A model generated the notes under the pieces. That model worked only from the letters and a program-made list of their open reading frames with translations, did not search any database and had not been told where the DNA came from. The position numbers were made by a program, and so were the translations under genes. DNA of 64,000 nucleotides, taken from the human T2T-CHM13v2.0 reference genome, Homo sapiens. Of this stretch, positions 28,232-42,222 are shown in pieces (position 1 is the stretch's first letter; each line of letters opens with the position of its first letter). The DNA lies in the NCBI RefSeq assembly GCF_009914755.1, contig NC_060934.1; one strand, given 5' to 3'.

Positions 28232-28327
28232 CTATCCAGCAATTCTGCTGCAACTTGTTTATGGGCCACCTTTCCATGTTTTTCTTTCTGAAATGGTTTT
28301 TGGAGCAGTAAGTCGTCTTCAACTGTC
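28232..28327 (-). CDS. FRA10AC1: FRA10AC1 exon 3 (96 nt: TVEDDLLLQKPFQKEKHGKVAHKQVAAELLD)
   Basis: cag|G ... AG|gtatgg; phase 2-2, consistent with neighbouring exons. Confidence 0.97.
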
Positions 28328-28744
28328 CTGATATATTAAGAAGAAAATAAGAGTTCACTTTTTTCAAAGGTTATTTTCTAATTCTTTATATTTTCATAAC
28401 TGGAATATACTTTAAAGAATGTAAGTCTTAACTTTAAGAAGACTCACTGATCTTTAATGAGATATTTTACATTTCCTTAAATAGCTTAATTAATACCTTA
28501 ACATTATTTAATACCTATAACACGGGGAAGATGGAACTAACAAAAGCATGGACTCTAGTGTCATATCACCTAGCTTCCTGATTCAAATCCTAATTCTGTC
28601 AATTACTACCTTAATCTTAATAAGATTCAATTATTTATCTCTTTGTTTCTTCATTTCTCTATCTGTAACATAGTGATAAGGAAGTTTTTGGTAATTAATG
28701 ATACGCAAAAAGCAAGGCTGATTATAGAGAACACAAACCACAGA

Positions 28745-29022
28745 TCCAGCTCGCCCAACCCATGGGCCTCATGTGGCCCAGGATGGCTTTGAATGTGGCC
28801 CAACACAAATTTGTAAACTTTCTTAAAACATTAAGACACTTTTTCACATTTTTTTAAACCTCATTGGCTATCATTAGTGTATTTTACGCAGGCCCAGCAC
28901 TGCTTCAGGCCAACAATGTGAACCAACAGATTCACAATTGTGTGTGCTCCACTGTAGTACGTGGCCCAAGACAATTCTTCTTCCGATGTGGCCCAGGAAA
29001 GCCAAAAGACTGGACACCCTGC
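28745..29022 (-). mobile_element. MER30 hAT element with a ~72-bp internal extra segment
   Basis: tggcccaacacaaatttgtaaactttcttaaaaca...gtggcccaagacaattcttctt...ggacaccc. Confidence 0.75.
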
Positions 29023-29959
29023 CATAGACTGTCAGCCCTAGTTATAGTGATGAATATAATCCTGGAGCAAAGTATCCAACTAGATTTGCTCAAATTCTAT
29101 TCTTACAAAGTAGTATTTTTGAATGAAAAATCTAGAAAATGTAAAGCATCAAAAATGTAATTTATTATAATTAGTACTATCCTTTATTGCAGAGACTGAG
29201 TATCCTATAAAAATGTTCAGAACCTGTTAGTATGCCTAATATATTGCTCTCAGTGTGAAATAATAAGCCAATTTCTATACATTTGCTTAAAAAAATCAGT
29301 CAACAGCCGTGTAAGTTTGGTTAGTATACATCAGTCAACCACTCCTGAGTCAAAGTATAAAACTGAGTTTCTATGCACTGAAAGCTAAGAACAATGCTCC
29401 TACGCACAGCAGCTCCACCAAGACGTATCCTGCTTATAATGCACAGGCTTTATGTGCTAAGAGTTTTTGTCTCTTGCAATTCAAAAAAACCTTCCTTGAG
29501 TTTCTTCCCGTGACCTTAGTCTGCTCATTCACGTATGCGTAAGAACTGTGCTGCATTATACTTTCATCCTCCATACTAACTTCACTTTGAAGGCAAGTAA
29601 TGGCAAGAGACCACCATTCAAGCCCCTTCTGAGCTACAACATTTACAAATAAACAGTCCTTGACAGTTGAATGAAAAATATATGTAATGAAAAGGTTTCA
29701 CTGATTTCTGAAAAGATTCCAGAAATCTGAAACTCTTCTTTCCCTTTCAATAAACCCCTTTGCAGAATTAATTTTTATTTTTCCCACAATTGTTCTCCAA
29801 TTTTTAATCAATGTATTAGCTTAATGAACAAAAATTCATTCACTAGAGCAATTGTCTTCACATGTAAACACAATTCAAAAATTTCACTCTTGTTTATTTA
29901 TACTTCATATTAATCTAGAAAGGATGTGAAAAATAGATCAATAAAAAAAAATTACTTAC

Positions 29960-30036
29960 CTTTTTTTCCTTTTGCTGGATTCTCCACAGTGTTCATCATC
30001 ACTAAAATCAGAATCATAGCCTCCATGACCATGCAT
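29960..30036 (-). CDS. FRA10AC1: FRA10AC1 exon 2 (first coding exon, 77 nt: MHGHGGYDSDFSDDEHCGESSKRKK-R)
   Basis: Acceptor tttacag|ATG and donor AG|gtaagt. Translation matches the recognised FRA10AC1 N-terminus. Confidence 0.97.
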
Positions 30037-30780
30037 CTGTAAAGGAGTACAAAGTCAGCTATTTAGAATCTATGTTGCCAATTGTCCAGGAAACAATAAT
30101 TCAAAAATAAGTTATCTTAAACAGCCACAATAGTTTTAAAGGATCATTGTGGGCAGATTCCTATTCACAGGCCATCTAGCCATCTAAAACTTTCATTCGC
30201 TTTTAAATAAGAGACATACCTTTCAGGAAATGCATCAACATTTTTCACCCTTAATTATCATTAGGTGAACAAAGAAGGCTACTCTTTGATCTTTTCACTG
30301 AAAAACCAGGCCTAAAAGCTGCAGTGACTGCTTACAAGGTTTAGCAATCCTTCACTTTTGATTCAGAGTAGTAATAATCACTGTGTGTTTATCACCAACT
30401 TTGTTCTAGACATTGTGTTAAATACTTTACAAACAACACTTCTAATTCTGCAAGTTAGAAAGTTATCTTCATTTAGGAATGAAGTAATCAAAGTTAAGTA
30501 AATCTATTTACAAATCCAGTAAGTGGCTAATCTGCTGTACTTGATTCCTGCGCCCACAATTTCAATTACTCCAAATTTCCTCTCTGGAATATGATTTACT
30601 ATATTCCAGGAGAATTACAGTATTTGTGAACAGTACATCATCAATTGATGAAAATTTTCCTGTAATCTTTTTCAATATATGTAGAGATTTCCATTTTCTT
30701 TTGAGTTTCTTTAAGGTAAACCACCTTGCCCTTTGGATTAGTCAGCTTTCTCTTGTTTCATTTTATTTATCCAGTTATTT

Positions 30781-31038
30781 TTGGAGAGTCTCGCTCTATT
30801 GCTCAGGCTGGAGTGCTGTGGCGCCATGATGGCTCACATCCTCAACCTCCTGGGCTCAATCAATCCTCCCACCTCAGCCTCTCCAAGTAGCTGAGACTAC
30901 AGGAGTGCATAATCACACCTGGCAAACTTAAAAAAATTTTTTTTTTGTAGATAAGGGGTTTCGCCATGTTGCCCACGCCGGTCTCAAACTCCTGGGCTTG
31001 AGCAATCCGTCCACCTCAGCATCCCAAAATGCTGGGAC
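30781..31038 (-). mobile_element. AluJ element (intron 1)
   Basis: Reverse, diverged Alu dimer. Confidence 0.88.
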
Positions 31039-32304
31039 TTCATTTTAGAACTGAAATTCTTAGAAATGCTGGAAGACCTCAGTTGCCACTCAATTGTATT
31101 GGAAGAAGCTCCTAGTTCCAGCTTTGCACTGAATTTGGAACACACACTAAGAAGGAAGGATGGACTATTTGATGTCATACATAACTAATTTACATGGCTG
31201 GAAGGAACAGTCCAGGTTAAATGATATATCAAATTGTTAAAACTAATATAACGACAGCAAGTGCAGCTGGAAAAAGAGGAAAGAACTCTCTAAACTTCAT
31301 TGCATTGGATCTAGGGTAAACGACATGTTTCTAGTCCTGGCTACCTTGAATAAGTCATTTCATCTCCCTGGACTTCATCTATTAAATAAGATAGCTACAT
31401 GAAATAATCTTTAAGTTGTTTAAATCTTTAAATAACCTTTAAAGTCTGTAATTCCATTTTCAAACATAGGTGTGTGGGTATATACCTCTCTTCTCTGCCC
31501 CACTAAAATCCTAGATAGGAAGATGCTAGTTAAGGTTGGAGATGAAGGTTTGAAAGCCCGAGTTCCAACTCTACCCTCCCTTACATCTGTTATTGCCTTA
31601 CACACCTGGATTTTACACCCTTTTTTAGGTCAACTCCAGCTGTCTTATCACATCTGTTCAAGCCATATTGTCCTCTCACTCTTTGTCCTATGTCCTCACG
31701 TTCTTTACATCTTGATGGGGGACAGCTGTAGTGTGTTTAGAGATATATTCTAGGATCAGCCTACTAGATTTCACTGCTTGGCTCTGCACTTTCCATTTGT
31801 CTTTCTTTGGGCCTGTTCCTTAACCTCTCCAAGCCTCAGTGTCCTCATTTATAAAAAGAGGCTAGTAAGATGGCTGACCTCATACGAATGGAGATTAAAA
31901 GAGTTGCCTCATCTAAAGGGTTTTAACGGTGTCTTGTACAGTGAAACCCAGTAAATGTTACATCATCATCATCATCTTTTCCCTCGCCCCAGGACACGAC
32001 TTCCTATTCTTGCTCCCACTCTCCCATTTCTTTATTCGCTGGCCGCTCCATCCGACCCATACCTATCTTAACTCACTGGTTGAACTAAAAAGCTCTCACT
32101 CACTTCAGGCCTACGAATCAACTGACAAGAGCGGGGAGAAACTCAAAAACGGAGATGCCAGGTGTCTCCAGAATCTGTCATCCAAAAAAAAAAAAACCAA
32201 ACCAAAACAAAAAAAAACCCGACGATCAGCTAGTACTATATGAAAAACAAGTTTTGAGGTCCTTCTCCCTGATGCCAAATATACCCACAGCCCTCCTCAC
32301 ACAC

Positions 32305-32510
32305 CCTTTCCCTTCCTCCCTGTGTGCCAAGTTCGCCCCCGGAGTCGTCGTTTCCTTCTTTCCCGGCAGCTGCAGCGACGACCCACGGCCTGAGAGAGCC
32401 GCTGCAGGACAGGTCCCGTGCGCCCTGCCGCACAGCCTCGCCACAACCACCACCGCCGCCGCCGCCGCCGCCGCCCGCAACCCGCCTCTCCCTACGGGTC
32501 CCGACTGGGC
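32305..32510 (-). other. FRA10AC1: FRA10AC1 exon 1 (non-coding 5' UTR; upstream end/TSS approximate)
   Basis: GC/CpG-rich, contains the CGG repeat and has no ATG between 32305 and 32510 on the minus strand. Donor AAGG|GTGTGT inferred at 32305/32304. The TSS cannot be fixed from sequence alone. Confidence 0.75.
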
Positions 32511-32780
32511 ACCACTTCCGGTCCGACACGGCCACGTGTTACATCTAAATGGCACCGTCCCCCGAGTGCGCCGACCTTGTGCTACAGCCAGAACAGCTCC
32601 GGGAAACAAGGGCAGCGGGAGAAACGGCCCGGAAAGGGACGAAGAGGCTTCCAGCTTTCGCCAAGTCGCGGCTCCCAGTTTTTCCCTGGGCCTCCTTCCT
32701 TTCCCCTCTAGGGAATCCGGCATCTAGTACCGCTGGCACTGCTTGCTGCTTAGCCCACGCCTCTCATTTGAAAATATATT
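32320..32780. promoter_or_regulatory. CpG-island promoter of FRA10AC1 with ETS (CCGGAAGTG, 32513-32521), E-box (CACGTG, 32533-32538) and YY1-like (AAATGGC, 32547-32553) motifs
   Basis: The only dense CpG cluster in the window. Motifs read directly; TATA-less housekeeping architecture. Confidence 0.85.
32441..32475 (-). repeat. FRA10A folate-sensitive fragile-site CGG/CCG repeat: (CCG)7 at 32453-32473 preceded by CCA CAA CCA CCA
   Basis: Read directly. Location in the FRA10AC1 5' UTR matches established knowledge of FRA10A. Confidence 0.95.
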
Positions 32781-33976
32781 TTGTTTTACCGTGCCTATCA
32801 CCTGCCGTCCTCTCTCTAGTAACCTTAGTAACGCCTCCTCGGAGGATCCTCTCAGAGCAGCTCATCAGCGCTTCAGATCAGCCTCTCCCTCCTTCCCCCA
32901 GTAAAACAGTTCTCATAATTAGAACAAAAATATCTCTCCATCGTTTCGCCACCCACACAATAGATACCATTCCAAAAGCAGTGCTGATGGCAGAAGAGCT
33001 CATCGAATTTGTGAGGAAAGAAAGAATAGGAGGAGAGATTTCTCAGGGTTGAGGATTCTCTGCCGACAAGCGACCTGGCACATGCGAAAAGGGATCCAAA
33101 ATAGAATCTTAAAAAGAAGAAGAAAAAAGGCAGGAAAAGTTGGATTATTTTAAGCGCCACTAGGTTCTTCCTGTGCTTTGCCTTTTCTACATCACGACGC
33201 CCCACTCTTTCCACTCTAGTTGTTTGGTTCATGTCTTGTCTCTCGCTGGCATTAGCAGCTATTCATTTTTTGCTTCCTCCTCAGTACCCAAAACGGTGCC
33301 TTGGAAATCACAAGTGCTAATTAAATATTTGTTGAATTGAACTGGCACGCTTCTGGCGTTTACAGTGGGCCCTTTTTAGAGAAAACCTTGGCACTTAATG
33401 CACAGTCATTTTACATCTTTTGCCCTAAACAGTAGATAACGATATCCTTATCAGTTCAAGTCTCTAACCCTGACAATAAATTATAGATACATTCTGCTTT
33501 ATCCATTGCACTGAATGTGATCTTAAAAGGCTATAAGATAAATTAAATTATTGTAAATTAACTTATTCCAAAATGCAATCAGATTATACTTCAATAAAAA
33601 CTTTTACTAAAAAAAGTGAAAGCAATAGGAAGCCTTACAAATTGACGTTATAGTATATGGAATTATTTTGTCAAGCAGTTTCTTTTTTGGTAAATATATT
33701 AAATATATAATTATTTTATTGTTAATAAAACTAAACAGACCTATACCTCATATCCAATTTCCTTTCTATCCATATTTGACATTTATTAGCATTTTTCTAC
33801 CATCCCTAGCATCTTCTTGTTTGTTGCTTCATTTTACTCTTCCAACAACCCTGTGCTGCTGTGTTATTAGCCTCATTTTACACATAAGGAAGAGAGGCAC
33901 AGAACCTAAAGCCACAAACGTGGTGAGGGTCGAGAACTGGGTAGTACTTGTGTCTGTCTCTGTATAAGACCCAGTT

Positions 33977-34025
33977 TCTCTCTCTCTCTTTCTCTCTTTT
34001 CTCTCTCTCTCTCTGTCTCTCTCTC
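33977..34025. repeat. (CT)n microsatellite
   Basis: Read directly. Confidence 0.9.
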
Positions 34026-34638
34026 CCCCACTTCATGGATTGTGTGGGAAGTAGCTTCTGGTTCCAACATTTCTAAGAATTTCAGATCTGTTGCTACCAG
34101 TCCATTCAGGCAAAGATTTCCATTTTTTACTTTGAGACAGCAGTTACTGAAAAAGAGTAAATAGAAAATATATATTAGGCATAGATTGCATGATCTGAAC
34201 TAGAAATAATACAGGATAGAAAACCCACCTGCTTAGGAAATCTCAAGTTAACAATTATAGCTCAACAACAATAAAAAACACAAACATTTATTCAGTGCCT
34301 ACGCTGGGCAGGACACTGCCCTAGACATCAGGGTTACAGGTATGTAACAGCAACTCCTTATCCTTGAAGGTTGACTAGTAAGACAGACAATGTGTGGAAT
34401 AACTACAACAATATATTCTATCATATACCAAGTGTCTAGTACATGCATGAACCTGTTGTTCCTAATTTATAAAATATGTTATTTCAATGGATATGAAAAT
34501 TTAAATGTGCACCAATGCTATGTAACTCAAAGCAACAAAATACTATATTAAGTATGTGGTCAGGATGAGGGAAGTTGGGTGATGATGGTGGTGATAATAC
34601 CAAGTAATAATTCTGATATAAACTATGACTGTGCATTC

Positions 34639-35240
<602 letters not shown>

Positions 35241-35339
35241 TGAATATGCATTCTACTAATACTGTGTGTCTTTGAGAAGATTGCATTTTCCATGTTCTTT
35301 TTATAATATGATGCTGACACTTCTCTAACATAAGCTAAT

Positions 35340-35605
35340 ACCTATGGCCACAGCTTTGAATCTGGGCATGTCAGTGACTATAGCAGAAGTAATGCTAAGA
35401 CACTTCTGATGCTAAGTTGCAAAAGGTGTTAGAGCTTCTGCCTGGGTTTGTCACTCTACTTCTTTAGCTGACATGGAGTGGAGCAGAGATGAAGTAACTT
35501 CACTGAGCCTCACCCAGATTGCAGACTAATAATCAGAATAAGTATAATTGTTTCAAGCCACTAAGACTTTGAGGTTGTTTGTTATATACCGATAAATATC
35601 CAGAA
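35340..35605 (+). mobile_element. MLT1 (MaLR) LTR fragment
   Basis: gagcctcacccagattgcagac...ttgtttcaagccactaag...ttgtttgttat. Confidence 0.6.
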
Positions 35606-36172
35606 CCATCTGCTGTCTCACTTAACCTCCATAACATTTGATGTTATGGAGCCACGCTGGGCTTTCTTTGTTTCTTCAACATGCATGCCTCTGCAAATTT
35701 ACCATTTCCTCTACCCGGAATGGTCTTAAACCCTTTCTGTTTGCCTCCCTAACTCCTCTTTATCCTTCAAAACTCAACTTAGGTGAAGGAAAGGCCTTTC
35801 ATGAGCATCTCTCCCACAGACTAGATAGGATTACTGATAATATGCACATTACTTTCCATTGCACTTAGCTACATACATAGTAATAATTTAGCCCTGTTTC
35901 CCTCACTGAGATGCAAGCTCCACAATGGCAGGAAGCATACCTCTCTTTTTCAGTGTGGAATCCCCAGTGCTCAGCACAGTGCCAGACACATGATAGTTGC
36001 TCAGAATATTTATTGAACAAATGAAGTGGGTACTATTATTATCCCTATTTTACAATAAGAAAACAGATTTTTTTAAAAAAATTATATAACACTTCCAGAG
36101 TCATGAGTAAGCAAATGGGGCACAAATATAAGTGACTTCAAAGCTCACACCATATATATGTGTGTGTGTGTG

Positions 36173-36563
36173 TGATATGGTTTGGCTCTGTGTCCCCAGC
36201 CAAATCTTATGTTGAATTGTAATCCCCAATGTTAGAGGTGGGGCCTAATGGGAGGTGATTGGATCATGGGGGTGGTTTCTAATGGTTTACCACCATCTCC
36301 CTAGTGCTGTCTTGTGATAGAATTTTCAAGAAATCTGGTTGTTTAAAAGTGTGTAACACCTCCCTCTTTGCTCTCTTTCTCCTACTCCTGCCATGTAAGA
36401 CATGTCTGCTTCCTCTTCACCTTCCACTACGATTGTAAATTTCCTGAAGCCTCCCCAGCCGTGCTTCTTGTGCAGCCTGTAGAACTGCGAGTGAATTAAA
36501 CCTCTTTTCTTTACAAATTACCCAGTCCCAGGTAGTTCTTTATAGCAATGTGAGTACTAATAC
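36173..36563 (+). mobile_element. MSTA-type MaLR solo LTR flanked by (TG)n and (TA)n tracts
   Basis: tgatatggtttggctctgtgtcccc...aattaaacctcttttctttacaaattacccagtc. Confidence 0.88.
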
Positions 36564-36637
36564 TAAATATATACATATATATATATATACACACACACAT
36601 ATATGTATATATAGAGAGAGATAGGTAGAGAGAGAGT

Positions 36638-36912
36638 GTTATCTCTCTGTTGCCCAGGCTAGAGTGCAGTGGCACAGTCATGGCTCACTGCAGCCTCAAC
36701 TCCCAGGCTCAAGCAATCTTCCCACCTCAGCCTGCTTAGTAGCTGGACCATAGGCTGCTGCCACCACACCTGGCTATTTGAAAAAAATTTTTGTAGATAC
36801 AGGGTCTCACTATGTTTCTCAGGCTGGTCTCACACTACTGAGCTCAAGCTATACTCCCACCTCGGCCTTCCAAAGTGCTGGGATTACAGGTGTGAGCCAC
36901 AGCACCTAGCCC
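36638..36912 (-). mobile_element. AluJ element
   Basis: Reverse, diverged Alu. Confidence 0.87.
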
Positions 36913-38339
36913 AAAGCTCACGCTATTGACCACCATACATATTGCCTTTCAATAAGGCCCATGGTGGTTTGTGATACTTAAAAGAATTAGAAACTTTTTT
37001 TATGGAGGAAAGGTACCAGATACATTGAGACAGAGGGATTAGTAAGAGGCAGGAAAGGCTTTGTAGAGGAAGTGGGACTTAAGCTATGACTTAAAGGTAG
37101 CTCTTAAGAGGAGAGGAGAGGAGAGGAGGGGGCAGTCAAGGCAAGGGAGTTTCGGTAAAGGATTAGAGGTGGAAATATCCACAGGTTCTTTAGAGGAATT
37201 TGAGTAGCTCACTTGAGCTGGAGAAGAATTTTTGAAAAGGATTAGTGAAAGAAAGATCAGAAAGAGAGATTAGAGCTAGATTTGGGGCATTCTTAAATGC
37301 TAGGGTGCAGAGATTAGTTTAGAGCTAGGGAAGTATTGTACATAATACAGTGGTGGTTTGGACTGGTAGATATCTGAAATCAAATTTATATATAAATCCT
37401 GGCTCTGCCATTTACCAGCTATGTGGCGTTGAGCATCACTTAATGTTCTTCAAATTTTCATCGTCTTCTGTAAAATGGGAATAATGACAGTAACTACTTC
37501 ACAGTATTCTTGTGAGAATCAATTAAACGTTGCATTTAAAGTGTTTAGGCTACTGCCTGGCACATGGTAAGACTTAAATGTTCACTAAATGTTCACTTAA
37601 ATGTTCACTATTGTTTTAAAGGGGAGGCAATATAGATAGAGTACAGGAAGTGGTGGGAATGGAAACGGAAAATTTCATTTAAGAGTGAGTTGAAGAAATA
37701 AGTGGTAAAAGATATGAGTCATTGGGCATAGGGCACAAAGGATACAGAAGTGAAAGGTACCTCCAAAGCTGAAGACACTGAAATAACATAGGTGCCCCTG
37801 ATGAAAATGGAGGGGGTGACTAAAAATGACATTGTCTTGGGGAAATGATAAGTTGGCTTCAAATGGGGATTTGGCACTACAACAAAACACACAAACAATT
37901 AGAATACCTCTTCCAAGCAAAAGTGTGATGCTTGCAGACATCGTTTTTAGCATACTCTACCTCTTCATTCTTCACCTGTTCATCTTTTTATAGGTCCTCA
38001 CTCTTGTCCGTCACTTCTCCCCCATCAACCCCCAAAATGTTATCGTTCCTTTCCCCCTCAAAGGCTGCTCTGCGAAACGGTAAAGAACCATACTTTAAAG
38101 TCAACTAGACCTGCATTCTGCTATGTACTAGCTAGGAGAACTTGGGCAACTTGTTTGATTTTCACATCTATAAACGGGGATAATAATAGTTCCTATCTCA
38201 CAGAGGGTTGATGAAATTTGAAATGAAATGATACAGTTGAAATGCTTAGCATAATGTGATGCCTAGTTCATAGTAAGTATGTAATAAATCCTACTTGAGA
38301 AAATAATTAGAAAAGTTTAACAATTAACTGCTTCTCAAA

Positions 38340-40055
<1,716 letters not shown>

Positions 40056-42222
40056 CTTAATTGCTCCTAGGGGTTTTTAAAACTTTGGTAAATGGAAGTT
40101 TTGGTGATTTAAGCAACTTCAGGCGTGAAAGAACAGATTAGGAAGTGGATAGGTGGAATTTTCTGGGGCCTTGGAAATTATGCCACAGAAGTGCTTACAT
40201 ACTCAAAGACAAATTTCCTGTAGGCATTGAGACAGAGGCCCGCGGGAGCTCTGTAAATGCTGAGAAAGACTCTAGTCAGCATCCAAAGGACTGAAAGTTC
40301 CCGGGCCTTGAACACTTGGCAAGGTCAGCCTGCACTTTCTGTATATTTATAAACTCAGATCTGGAAGAAGGTAGCTCCACACCTGCATGGTAAAGCTCGG
40401 TCCTTGAATAGAGACACAGCCCAATAGTGATCTGCAAGCTGGCCAAAGGTCAAGCCCTTGCTTGTGGAAATGGCTGGAGCAGGCTGCCAGAGAGGTTGCA
40501 CTGCACAAATTCTGTGCCTGGAATGGACATTGGGAAGCAAAAGTGGAGAGACAGCAGTATACCAATTAGCCAAATGAATTGATTGTCATTTTTGGCCTGC
40601 TCCCAGGAGATGAGAACAGAGACAGGATGTCTGGTAAACCCCTCTCTGAGACAGCTGTGGATAAGGAGCCTTGTGATTAAGAGATAGGGAGACACTTACC
40701 GGGTCAGATGAGATGAGAGGCAGAAACCAGGAATGCTAAACATCACCGGGAAGCTGATGCTGTTATTTTCTGTCATATAATATCTGCAGGTATGACGGTT
40801 TCATGCTTCACTTAGGAAAATGCAAAGTGGGGAGACCTACTGTAATAATCAAGGTTGAAGAGTGCTGTGTCTCTAGATCATTCCTCAAGGCCTCGCTGGG
40901 CCTGGGGCTATAATCATGGGAAAGACATCATTCCCATCTTCAAGACTCACCTCTAGGTAGGACACAGACACAGAAACAAGTAATTACAATACAATGGGGT
41001 GGGCAGTAATAGGAACAGGCTCAGAAAGCTATGGGGACACTAGGGAGGAGCCCCTAATCCTAAGAGAGAGCAGGAAAAGGCTTCAGAGACAGGACTTTAC
41101 ACTTGTGTTCACAATGCTGAAACCACAGTTTAACTCTGGGCTCCAAATTGTGCTGCCTTTGCGTCCAAAGGAGAGGGAGATATAGGACTTCCTTTCAGGC
41201 CTCCCACACTCACCAGTGATGCCCCACAGCCCCTCTCTCTATATAAGGTATAAGCAAGCTCCAAGTAGGAGTTGACCATATCACATGATTTCACAGTTTA
41301 TGAACACCAAGTTGACCATGCAGACAGTGTGCTGGGATGATCAAGTAAAATGTACAGTGAAGTAGGTCATGTGTTTAAGGATACATGTCATGATTATTAT
41401 GTAGTCAGGCAATTCAAAATAAACAGTAAGTAATTTTTCTAAATGATGCCTTGATTAACAAATTATCCGAAACTAAAATCTCTTTGGCTAGCTGTCCTAG
41501 TACTGAAAGTGACAATTGGTGGTAGGAAATAGAAATACTTAAACACCCACAGAAAATATAAAAGACTGAATAGATTCACGGAACAGTGGTGATTAGAAGA
41601 TGGAATTTGTACTCCTCCTCACTTAGGCTGTATAAAAGTAACAGCACTCAAAGTAATACTTGTATTCATAAATAGAACTTTTTAAATAACAAATTTTATT
41701 GTCAGAACTTTTGTTAAACAGTGTAGGAGCATACAATAGAAACACAGGCCAGAACTGCTGGAGCAATCTACTTTTCAGGAGAAGTTAGAAATTTGGATTT
41801 TTAGATTCAATATCCTGATTTTTTATATAGGCATCTAATTCAAGTTTAAAAATCAAAGCAAAACACCCTGTGGAAAAAACACTTCTGTGAGCTGAATTCA
41901 GCCCATAGGTTGCAAATTTCCAAGGCGATGATTCATTTCCCTCAGGACTGTGCCTTTAGTGATGGTGGTTTGGAAGCAGAGGTTATGACGCTGTCTCAGA
42001 TGCATCTCTTGGGGGTTAGACAGGCTGCAGGTAAGCCAGGCATGGAGGCATGCGGACGCCTTCAAGGGAAAAGTCAAAAGTCTTAAGCTCCCAGGAAAAG
42101 AGCCTTGAGACCCAGACCACAGCAAGGGGCAGTTCTTAAGTTTCTGGGCAGGAATATCAATGCTGGTTGAGAAGATGAAGGTGTCACCCAGACTGGAGGG
42201 ATGGAATTCACATCCCAGAGCA

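Noticed and set aside
32155-33052. Plus-strand ORFs of 190, 97 and 167 aa over the promoter
   Set aside because: Expected in GC-rich CpG-island DNA; no recognisable protein family or splice support, although antisense transcription cannot be excluded.
37572-37610. Three tandem copies of a 12-13-bp unit (ttaaatgttcac)
   Set aside because: Simple slippage at a MIR end; it has no spacers and is not CRISPR-like.
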